This document shows, in pieces, positions 7,073-12,966 of a stretch of DNA of 12,966 nucleotides. How positions within the stretch are numbered: position 1 is the first letter of the stretch; each line of letters starts with the position of its first letter. The translations under genes and the position numbers were made by a program. Under the pieces are notes generated by a model. It did not search any database. It had not been told where the DNA came from and saw only the letters and a program-made list of their open reading frames with translations. The stretch lies in UHGV virus genome UHGV-0144896; one strand, written 5' to 3'. The DNA is from a virus.

Positions 7073-7696
7073 ATGTCATCAATCCGCTTAACAACGAGTA
7101 TGAAAGAGAAAATCGCTCGTAACGCTTTAATTAAATCTGGGGTTTTCACTGAGCTTGAAGAAGTAACAAAGTTAAAGAACCAGCTTGCACTTGACGCCAG
7201 AGTTGTTGTGTTTGGCGGTAAAAAGAAAACTGAGGAAGTGGATCAGTTATCATCCAAGTTAATGGCTATAAGCGAAGAACTTGAAAAGCTGGGATGTTCA
7301 TTTTACTCATGCGATGCCCGTTCAACTTCAATTTATCTGACTGTATCTGGCAGAAGGGTTGGCTGGTATTCATATGGGAAAGACGGCAACGGCGAAGATA
7401 TATTGCTCCCTACTCCGACCAAAGATAAATGCATGTTTAGCGCAGAACACGAAATAACAAAAAGGTTTGATGAAATCTGCGCATTGCAACAAAAACTTGA
7501 AGCCAAGAAAAAGGATATCGAATCAAATGTATGGGCTGCTTTGAACTCAGTCACAACAGTTAAGCGACTTATTGAAGTTTGGCCTGAAAGCAAAGAGTTG
7601 CTACCAAAAGAAGCAGATAAAGCAAGTACAGCACTTCCTGCTTTACGGGTAGAAGATTTGAATAAGATGATTGGACTTCCTTCCGAGGTCGCATAA
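7073..7696 (+). CDS. Hypothetical protein (207 aa), AT-rich accessory gene in the PL operon
   Basis: Track ORF 7013..7696, trimmed to ATG 7073 with a GAGG SD 7 nt upstream. Hydrophilic, lysine/glutamate-rich, with no obvious transmembrane segment, so it is unlikely to be SieB. Bracketed by terminators at 6937..6958 and 7831..7856. No family recognised. Confidence 0.5.
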   Translation: MSSIRLTTSMKEKIARNALIKSGVFTELEEVTKLKNQLALDARVVVFGGKKKTEEVDQLSSKLMAISEELEKLGCSFYSCDARSTSIYLTVSGRRVGWYSYGKDGNGEDILLPTPTKDKCMFSAEHEITKRFDEICALQQKLEAKKKDIESNVWAALNSVTTVKRLIEVWPESKELLPKEADKASTALPALRVEDLNKMIGLPSEVA

Positions 7697-7740
7697 TCGT
7701 CCTTTATTTTTGGCATAAACAACAGAATAAACACTGCACT

Positions 7741-7768
7741 GTGTATTCATTCCAATGAGTGAATACAC
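7741..7768. repeat. Perfect 9-bp inverted repeat with 10-nt spacer
   Basis: gtgtattca (7741..7749) and tgaatacac (7760..7768) are exact reverse complements; the pairing extends to 11 bp with one T/G position. Intergenic, not followed by a T-run. Confidence 0.5.
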
Positions 7769-7830
7769 GGAGCAATGTCGCTCGTAACTAAACAGGAGCC
7801 GACTTGTTCTGATTATTGGAAATCTTCTTT

Positions 7831-7856
7831 GCCCTCCAGTGTGAGGGCTTTTTTAT
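7831..7856 (+). terminator. Intrinsic terminator upstream of cIII (tL2-like)
   Basis: gccctc-cagtgt-gagggc stem-loop followed by TTTTTTAT. Confidence 0.6.
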
Positions 7857-7920
7857 ATGCATACCAATAACGCTTCACTCGAGGCGTTTTCGTTATGCAA
7901 TCAAATATAAGGAGTTACCC

Positions 7921-8055
7921 ATGATGCACTTTCAGCTCGCGGGTAGCGGCGTCATGTCCGCTTTCTACCCGCACGAATCTGAATTATCACGCCGAGTTAA
8001 ACAATTAATCAGAGCAGCAAAGAAACAACTGGAGGCGTTATGCGCAATGAAATAG
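7921..8055 (+). CDS. cIII: CIII-like protein (lambda cIII / P22 c3 homologue, FtsH inhibitor)
   Basis: Track ORF 7816..8055, trimmed to ATG 7921 with an AAGGAG SD 6 nt upstream. The 44-aa product MMHFQLAGSGVMSAFYPHESELSRRVKQLIRAAKKQLEALCAMK resembles the lambda CIII core (..AGWPVAGCPSESLLERITRKLR..) from memory. Confidence 0.6.
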   Translation: MMHFQLAGSGVMSAFYPHESELSRRVKQLIRAAKKQLEALCAMK

Positions 8056-8192
8056 CCATTAATCACCAGATGCTTCGTGCTGCACAGAACAAAGCAGTAA
8101 TAGCCAGATTTATTGGTGATTCAAAAATGTGGCTTGAAGCAAATAAAGCGATGAAATCAGCTATCAACCTTCCATGGTATCGCAGGAAATGA
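8040..8192 (+). CDS. kil: Kil-like small protein (host cell-division inhibitor), 50 aa
   Basis: Not in the ORF track (<60 aa). ATG 8040 has a GGAGG SD (8031..8035) and overlaps the cIII 3' end. Product is MRNEIAINHQMLRAAQNKAVIARFIGDSKMWLEANKAMKSAINLPWYRRK. The call rests on position (after cIII, before erf) and a remembered FIGDxKM-like pattern in lambda Kil; it is unverified. Confidence 0.45.
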   Translation: MRNEIAINHQMLRAAQNKAVIARFIGDSKMWLEANKAMKSAINLPWYRRK

Positions 8193-8359
8193 GTTTTACA
8201 GATAACTGGTCAGACGAAGAATTCATTCGTCAGATGAAAGAATTAATCGGTAACGAAGGAGATATTCATGTCACTTGCAACCACCGTGAAGGAGAGCAAG
8301 TTACAGAGACGCATGTACACGCAGCAGGCGTTAATGTATCGCCAGAAGGGAGATCGTGA
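8189..8359 (+). CDS. Small hypothetical protein (56 aa) in the position of P22 arf
   Basis: Track ORF 8174..8359. ATG 8189 overlaps the Kil-like stop as ATGA. Acidic protein with no family recognised. Assignment is positional only. Confidence 0.4.
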   Translation: MSFTDNWSDEEFIRQMKELIGNEGDIHVTCNHREGEQVTETHVHAAGVNVSPEGRS

Positions 8360-8448
8360 AGGTGTTCGCGTCTTTTTAAATGCGGCAAAGACTGAAGTAT
8401 TAAATCAGCGTTATTTCCTTGGGCCATGCCCATTCTGAGAACAAACAT

Positions 8449-9054
8449 ATGAGCAAAGAATTTTACGCAAGACTGGCAGCTATTCAGGAGAACTTGAACG
8501 CGCCAAAGAATCAGTACAACTCATTCGGTAAATATAAATACAGAAGCTGCGAAGACATTCTTGAAGGAGTTAAGCCGTTACTGAATGGCCTGTTTTTATC
8601 AATCAGCGATGAAGTTGTGTTGATTGGTGATCGGTATTACGTGAAAGCAACGGCAACTATTACCGATGGCGAAAACAGTCATACGGCAACCGCACTAGCA
8701 CGAGAGGAAGAAAGCAAGAAAGGAATGGATTCTGCACAAGTTACGGGAGCTACAAGCTCTTATGCACGCAAGTATTGCCTCAATGGTTTGTTCGGCATTG
8801 ATGATGCGAAAGATGCAGATACAGACGAGCATAAACATCAGCAGAACGCAGCAGCAAAGCAATCAAAACCATCACCTACATCTGAACAGGTTCTAAAAGC
8901 ATTCACTGACGCAGCAATGCAGAAAAACACCGTAGAAGAGCTTAAACAGGCGTTCGCCAAAGCGTGGAAGATGCTCGAAGGCACACCGGAGCAGCACAAA
9001 GCGCAGGACGTTTACAACATCAGACGAGGCGAATTAGAAGGAGCGGCAGCTTAA
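8449..9054 (+). CDS. erf: Erf-family single-strand annealing recombinase (P22 Erf-like)
   Basis: Track ORF 8419..9054 begins at a TTG; the first ATG at 8449 gives MSKEFYARLAAIQENLNAPKNQYNSFGKYKYRSCEDILEGVKPLL, close to P22 Erf from memory (~201 aa). The alternative start at 8419 cannot be excluded. Confidence 0.8.
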   Translation: MSKEFYARLAAIQENLNAPKNQYNSFGKYKYRSCEDILEGVKPLLNGLFLSISDEVVLIGDRYYVKATATITDGENSHTATALAREEESKKGMDSAQVTGATSSYARKYCLNGLFGIDDAKDADTDEHKHQQNAAAKQSKPSPTSEQVLKAFTDAAMQKNTVEELKQAFAKAWKMLEGTPEQHKAQDVYNIRRGELEGAAA

Positions 9055-9437
9055 TGGCACATTCGATTACTGTAAGACTAAACAAGCCCGCAAGAGAGTT
9101 TCAGGCCGGGGAAAATATCGGATTCAACATCCGTGCTGGCGTTCAGTATTACGATCGCCAGACAAAAAAGAAAGAATGGACAAACTACAGCGCCGTTGTA
9201 TTTGCCAAGCCGGGAGCGCAAGTGGATTACTACCGTAGTGTTCTTGTTGAAGGTGGCATTGTTGAAATTACCGGAGAAAACATCAGGGTTGATGTTTATC
9301 AGGGGCAAAATGGTCAATCAATCACTCTTGAATTACTGAATGCAAAGATTGGATTTGCAGCTTCAGGAAATGGCCCGCAGCAGCAAAGTAGTAACCAGCA
9401 GAACACTCCTGTATACGACGATTCCATCCCATTCTGA
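9054..9437 (+). CDS. SSB-like protein with C-terminal acidic DDSIPF tail (127 aa)
   Basis: Track ORF 8964..9437, trimmed to ATG 9054, which overlaps the erf stop as TAATG. The C-terminus ..NTPVYDDSIPF matches the canonical SSB tail (DDDIPF), preceded by a Gln/Gly-rich linker and a ~100-aa probable OB-fold. Confidence 0.5.
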   Translation: MAHSITVRLNKPAREFQAGENIGFNIRAGVQYYDRQTKKKEWTNYSAVVFAKPGAQVDYYRSVLVEGGIVEITGENIRVDVYQGQNGQSITLELLNAKIGFAASGNGPQQQSSNQQNTPVYDDSIPF

Positions 9438-9460
9438 TTCAGAAAAATAAGGATTTAATT

Positions 9461-9754
9461 ATGCCAGCGCCTCTGTATGGTGCGGATGACCCGCGCCGCT
9501 GTTCCGGCAATTCCGTATCGGAGGTGCTGGATAAATTCAGGAAAAACTACGACCGGATAATGTCTCTACCGCAGGAAACGAAAGAGGAAAAGGAATTTCG
9601 CCATTGTATATGGCTTGCAGAGAAAGAAGAACGCGAGAGAATTTACCAGACATCAATCCGACCATTCCGCAAAGCCACATATACCCACTTCCCTGAAATT
9701 GACCCGCGCCTGCGTAATTACCGCTCACGCTATGGCGCTATCAGTAATGACTGA
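9461..9754 (+). CDS. abc2: Anti-RecBCD protein, Abc2-like (97 aa)
   Basis: AAGGA SD upstream of ATG 9461. [26 protein letters not shown]... matches my recollection of P22 Abc2 in sequence and size, and sits downstream of erf as in P22. Unverified. Confidence 0.5.
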   Translation: MPAPLYGADDPRRCSGNSVSEVLDKFRKNYDRIMSLPQETKEEKEFRHCIWLAEKEERERIYQTSIRPFRKATYTHFPEIDPRLRNYRSRYGAISND

Positions 9755-9764
9755 GGAATTTACC

Positions 9765-9932
9765 ATGAGAGGACTTGCATACAATCCCGGCATTCTTCCG
9801 GCAGAAATGATTATTCGCCAACGCGTAAAGCCAATGCCATCGAGAGAGGAATTACTTAAGCGAAACTCGCTTCCATCAGTGAATCAGAACAAATATCTGA
9901 ATGCGATGTGGCGCAAAGGAGGCAACCAGTGA
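9765..9932 (+). CDS. Small hypothetical protein (55 aa)
   Basis: In frame with track ORF 9615..9932. ATG 9765 has a GAGGAA SD. Its stop overlaps the GTG start of the next gene (GTGA). Confidence 0.4.
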   Translation: MRGLAYNPGILPAEMIIRQRVKPMPSREELLKRNSLPSVNQNKYLNAMWRKGGNQ

Positions 9933-10372
9933 GCGAAATTAACTATCAGGCACTGCGCGAGGCGGCAGAGAAAGCAACGTGTGGTGTGTGGTCGCTCGAA
10001 TATGGAGATGGCCGATTTGATGGTGATGATGCACTAATTCATCGCGATGCTGCTGGATATGTTCCCATTTGCAGAATTGAAGGAGCGCATCCTGAAAGCG
10101 GTTTCGATGAAGATTTCCAAATGGAACAGCAGGCCAATGCTGAATTCATCGCTGCAGCCAATCCGGCTACCGTCTTAGCTCTGCTGGGCGAGCTGGAAAC
10201 AGCAAAAAAGCGCATAGCAGAACTGGAGGTGCGGGAAATACTGCTCCCGGAACGTAGCAGCATGCTTCATCGAACAGATTTTCACGATGATTACCAAACG
10301 GTAATGGCATACAAAGTTTCTGAAGTCATCGATGCAATCCGCGCTACTGGCATTCGCATCAAAGGAGAGTGA
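9929..10372 (+). CDS. Ead/Ea22-like family protein
   Basis: Track ORF 9908..10372 starts at a GTG. I prefer GTG 9929, which has a strong AAGGAGG SD (9916..9922). N-terminus ..[27 protein letters not shown] is the motif I associate with Ea22-like proteins of E. coli prophages. The start choice is uncertain. Confidence 0.55.
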   Translation: MSEINYQALREAAEKATCGVWSLEYGDGRFDGDDALIHRDAAGYVPICRIEGAHPESGFDEDFQMEQQANAEFIAAANPATVLALLGELETAKKRIAELEVREILLPERSSMLHRTDFHDDYQTVMAYKVSEVIDAIRATGIRIKGE

Positions 10373-10373
10373 T

Positions 10374-10889
10374 ATGGCGTTAACACACCACGAACTCTGT
10401 CAGATTGCGTACAAGTTCCTTAAGCGCAACGGGTTCAAGGTTTGCTTTCATGACCGCTTTGTTGCTGTAACCAGTACCGGAGAACAGCCAGATGCTATGG
10501 GATTCAGAAATTCAGCATCATGCCTGATAGAGGCGAAGTGTTCTCGTGCTGATTTGTTGGCAGATAGAAAAAAGCGTTTCCGTAAAAATCCCTCACTTGG
10601 CATGGGCGACTGGCGATTCTTTATTAGTGAGCCGGGGATTATTTCAATTGAGGATTTACCACCTGGCTGGGGATTACTTCACGTTGTTAACGGAAGAGTA
10701 CGGAAAGTACATGGGTGGCCAAAGGGCAATTGCTGTTGGGGTAATCCTGACGATAAGCCATTTACTGGAAATAAGCAGGTTGAATGCGATTACATGTTAT
10801 CTGCATTAAGGCGCATGGAGTTGAGAGGGCACCTTAATGAAATATATGACGGTGTAATTGTTAATAAGAAAGAAGGAAACGCGGCATGA
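10374..10889 (+). CDS. Hypothetical protein with candidate PD-(D/E)xK nuclease motif (171 aa)
   Basis: Track ORF 10332..10889, trimmed to ATG 10374 directly after the upstream stop (GAGAGTGATATG, SD-like). Contains ..QPDAMGF..(14 aa)..LIEAKCSR, i.e. PD...ExK spacing typical of restriction-endonuclease-fold nucleases. Possibly MmcB-like. Confidence 0.5.
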   Translation: MALTHHELCQIAYKFLKRNGFKVCFHDRFVAVTSTGEQPDAMGFRNSASCLIEAKCSRADLLADRKKRFRKNPSLGMGDWRFFISEPGIISIEDLPPGWGLLHVVNGRVRKVHGWPKGNCCWGNPDDKPFTGNKQVECDYMLSALRRMELRGHLNEIYDGVIVNKKEGNAA

Positions 10890-11527
10890 CCACTATTACC
10901 AAAGAGCGACTGCTGACAATCAAGCAGTGGCGCGAAACATACGGACCTGGTAGCAACGTTGTACTGCCAGCAGAAGAAGCGGAAGAACTGGCACGAATTG
11001 CTCTGGCATCGCTGGAACGCGAACAGATTCGCCACGAGCATGCCAAATGGTCTGACTCCACATTTGGCTGCGTTGGCCCCATTGGTCCACTGAAACACCT
11101 CTCAAAAGAGGCTCTGGAAGCCGCAGCCGAACCTGACGATCTCAGCGAGTGGGCTGATATGCAGTTCCTGTTGTGGGATGCACAGCGCCGTGCTGGCATC
11201 AGCGATGCTGAAATTACCGCTGCTATGGAAGATAAATTGAAGATCAACATGGAGCGCCAGTGGCCTGAGCCAAAAGATGGTGAGCCTCGCTTGCACATTA
11301 AAGAACCCGGCAACTCTCCGGGAACTCCGGATAGTTGGATAAGCTGTAGTGAGCGAATGCCGGAAGAAACGGGTGACATTATTGTTGTTTCGGATGGCAT
11401 TGTAATGTCAGGGATTTCTTATTCTCGTCGTGACGGGTTCTATATGGCCGCATTGGAGTACGACGACGACGAACCAATTGACGGTGTAACCCACTGGATG
11501 CCGCTGCCAGAACCGCCGCAGGGGTGA
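10886..11527 (+). CDS. Two-domain phage protein (DUF550-like N-terminus, DUF551-like C-terminus)
   Basis: 213 aa. ATG 10886 overlaps the upstream stop as ATGA. The C-terminal segment SCSERMPEE..GDIIVV...THWMPLPEPP resembles the DUF551 pattern common in enterobacterial prophages. Domain names are from memory. Confidence 0.55.
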   Translation: MTTITKERLLTIKQWRETYGPGSNVVLPAEEAEELARIALASLEREQIRHEHAKWSDSTFGCVGPIGPLKHLSKEALEAAAEPDDLSEWADMQFLLWDAQRRAGISDAEITAAMEDKLKINMERQWPEPKDGEPRLHIKEPGNSPGTPDSWISCSERMPEETGDIIVVSDGIVMSGISYSRRDGFYMAALEYDDDEPIDGVTHWMPLPEPPQG

Positions 11528-11593
11528 AATGATGCTTGGCCTGAAGTATTTTATGTAATTGGTATTGCTATATTTTTATCTGGGGATAAACGA

Positions 11594-11836
11594 ATGTTCT
11601 CTCTGATTCAACGTGGTCAGATATACACCGATAGCGCTGGCTATCCAGTAAAAATCATTCGTAGTACTGATCACTCAGTATTCTTCAAGAGGATGGATGG
11701 CTATCCTGGAAGAGTGTGCATCAGAAAATTCAATAATTTATTCGAACACATTGATCACAGAGAATATCACCAGATCCTGGCTGAAACAGAGCAGGAGAAC
11801 CATCTGAAAAAATTACGTGCCATGCAAAGGAGATAA
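11594..11836 (+). CDS. Small hypothetical protein (80 aa)
   Basis: Track ORF. Preceded by a TGGGGATAA motif that recurs upstream of the next gene. No family recognised with certainty. Confidence 0.45.
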   Translation: MFSLIQRGQIYTDSAGYPVKIIRSTDHSVFFKRMDGYPGRVCIRKFNNLFEHIDHREYHQILAETEQENHLKKLRAMQRR

Positions 11837-11924
11837 ACCGGTAAAGGTGTTCGCGATAAAGGTGAATATCGGCAATGAATAACAATCCTCGAACTCGCGG
11901 GGATTTCTTTTATATGGGGATAAT

Positions 11925-12725
11925 ATGACCATCCACTTTCACGGCAGCCCAATATGGGGGGATGAGCATGCCCCTACAGATATGCTGATTAAAGCCCTTT
12001 ACCGTGATGGTGGGGCTTTTGTTTCATTTGCCAGACCAGAGCAGATGAAAAAGATTGCCATGTTCCCTTGTGATATACGCCTTGATAACGGCGCTTTTAG
12101 CGACTGGATGAAAGCATTAAAGAAAGGCACTCCGGTAGACTGGAGTAAGAGACGAGCAAAATTCTACGACTTTGTTGGGAAGTGGTTCAGCAGAATTGAA
12201 TGGTTTCTTATACCTGACGTTATCGAAGGGACAGAGGCAGAAAACGACGAGCAGATTGAGTTGGTTCCTGATTGGCTAAAATCAAAAGCGGTTCCGGTCT
12301 GGCATACCGACGAATCAATTGAACGTCTTTTACGCCTTTCTAGCAAATTTGAATGGGTGGCGATTGGATGCTGCGGACCACACAGGCACATACGCTCTAA
12401 ATGGTGGGAACAGAGAATGGATGAAGTTTTCACTGAGCTTTATATCAATCGTAATTTGAAAGTGAAAATTCATGGTCTTCGAATGCTCGACGTGAGAGTT
12501 CTTGGTATGTATCCGTTCGCCAGTGCGGATTCTACTAATGTTGCTGTTAACGTACCGAAGACAGAGAAGCGATTTCCTGAGATTACCGACAAACTGGCAC
12601 GCACAGCTGTACTTCGCGCTGCTATTGAAAAGGTGCACCCGCCATCGATATCAGCATGGGTAGACAGAAAGATGAGAGAGCCGGCGCAAGCCGGTTTTTT
12701 ATTTGAATTCACCGACGCCGCTTAA
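11925..12725 (+). CDS. Hypothetical protein (266 aa); tentative TGT-fold (DpdA-like DNA-guanine transglycosylase) candidate
   Basis: Track ORF with a GGGGA SD-like sequence upstream. Several short motifs occur in the same order as catalytic motifs of bacterial tRNA-guanine transglycosylase: RDGGAFVSF / LDNGAFS (cf. TDSGGFQVF), AIGCCG (cf. AVGGLAVG), KIHGL (cf. YLMGVG) and FASADSTN (cf. MFDCVMPTRN). There is no C-terminal zinc domain. The product assignment is speculative. Confidence 0.6.
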   Translation: MTIHFHGSPIWGDEHAPTDMLIKALYRDGGAFVSFARPEQMKKIAMFPCDIRLDNGAFSDWMKALKKGTPVDWSKRRAKFYDFVGKWFSRIEWFLIPDVIEGTEAENDEQIELVPDWLKSKAVPVWHTDESIERLLRLSSKFEWVAIGCCGPHRHIRSKWWEQRMDEVFTELYINRNLKVKIHGLRMLDVRVLGMYPFASADSTNVAVNVPKTEKRFPEITDKLARTAVLRAAIEKVHPPSISAWVDRKMREPAQAGFLFEFTDAA

Positions 12726-12746
12726 TGCGGATTTCTTTTATCTGAA

Positions 12747-12770
12747 CTCGCTACGGCGAGTTTTGTTTTA
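12747..12770 (+). terminator. Intrinsic terminator after the 266-aa gene
   Basis: ctcgc-tacg-gcgag stem-loop followed by TTTTGTTTTA. Confidence 0.5.
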
Positions 12771-12782
12771 TGGAGATGATAA

Positions 12783-12950
12783 ATGCACTTCCGAGTCACA
12801 GGAGAATGGAATGGAGAACCATTCAACAGAGTTATCGAAGCAGAGGACATCAACGACTGCTATGACCACTGGATGATATGGGCACAGATAGCACATGCAG
12901 ACGTAACCAATATTCGAATTGAAGAACTGAAAGAACACCAAGCCGCCTGA
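12783..12950 (+). CDS. Small hypothetical protein (55 aa)
   Basis: Not in the ORF track. ATG 12783 (upstream GGAG, short spacing). Product MHFRVTGEWNGEPFNRVIEAEDINDCYDHWMIWAQIAHADVTNIRIEELKEHQAA. Its stop is embedded in a terminator hairpin. Confidence 0.45.
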   Translation: MHFRVTGEWNGEPFNRVIEAEDINDCYDHWMIWAQIAHADVTNIRIEELKEHQAA

Positions 12951-12966
12951 TGGCGGTTTTTTATTG
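12942..12966 (+). terminator. Intrinsic terminator at the window edge
   Basis: gccgcc-tgat-ggcggt stem-loop followed by TTTTTTATTG, overlapping the stop codon at 12948..12950. Confidence 0.55.

Noticed and set aside
7333-7734. Minus-strand 133-aa ORF
   Set aside because: Antisense to the 207-aa accessory gene; Ser/Leu-rich low-complexity translation typical of the antisense frame of AT-rich coding DNA. It cannot be fully excluded without expression data.
8266-8448. Minus-strand 60-aa ORF
   Set aside because: Antisense to the small gene 8189..8359 and to the erf upstream region; no support.
9078-9339. ORFs 9078..9317 (-) and 9133..9339 (+)
   Set aside because: Overlap the SSB-like gene in antisense or an alternative frame.
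9537-9728. Minus-strand 63-aa ORF
   Set aside because: Antisense to the Abc2-like gene.
10039-10263. Minus-strand 74-aa ORF
   Set aside because: Antisense to the Ea22-like gene.
10546-10809. Plus-strand 87-aa ORF
   Set aside because: Alternative frame inside the PD-(D/E)xK candidate gene.
10790-11400. Minus-strand ORFs (10790..11098, 10861..11400, 10920..11105, 11102..11296)
   Set aside because: All antisense to the coupled plus-strand genes 10374..11527; translations are Ser/Ala/Arg-rich as expected for antisense frames of GC-richer coding DNA.
11767-11952. Minus-strand 61-aa ORF
   Set aside because: Antisense, spanning the intergenic region and the starts of plus-strand genes; no SD.
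12164-12712. Minus-strand ORFs (12164..12433, 12330..12638, 12470..12712)
   Set aside because: Antisense to the 266-aa gene.
1-12966. tRNA, rRNA, insertion sequences or integrase/attachment site
   Set aside because: No cloverleaf-like tRNA structure, no transposase-like ORF with terminal inverted repeats, and no integrase gene seen; int/xis and att presumably lie beyond the right edge.

Overview
This window reads as the early region of a mosaic lambdoid (lambda/P22/phi21-like) prophage from an enterobacterial host, in reverse orientation to the conventional lambda map. All calls rest on reading the sequence and recalling protein families from memory; no database search was run.

Left to right:
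- 1..1955, minus strand: a nin-region block (NinF partial, NinX-like, NinE, NinC-like PAPS-reductase-family protein, NinB).
- 1971..4943, minus strand: tR2-like terminator, DnaB-family helicase, O-like replication initiator with an internal iteron array and AT-rich tract (ori), an unrecognised 90-aa ORF, and cII.
- 4977..6179: nutR, P22-type cro, a three-operator OR region, P22-type c2 repressor with a LexA-like C-terminal domain, terminator, OL/PL and nutL.
- 6290..9754, plus strand (PL operon): phi21-type N, two unrecognised AT-rich genes bracketed by intrinsic terminators, cIII, a Kil-like peptide, Erf, an SSB-like protein and an Abc2-like protein.
- 9765..12966, plus strand: an accessory cluster with an Ea22-like protein, a candidate PD-(D/E)xK nuclease, a two-domain phage protein, small ORFs, and a 266-aa protein with tentative TGT/DpdA-like motifs that is flanked by a 13-bp direct repeat.

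The most interesting candidates for something undescribed are the AT-rich two-gene cargo between N and cIII (6598..7696), the repeat-flanked TGT-like gene (11925..12725), the candidate nuclease (10374..10889) and the ORF between cII and O (4352..4624). Many start codons were moved relative to the ORF track, which often begins at TTG/GTG, to ATGs with a Shine-Dalgarno sequence or ATGA/TAATG coupling to the upstream gene.
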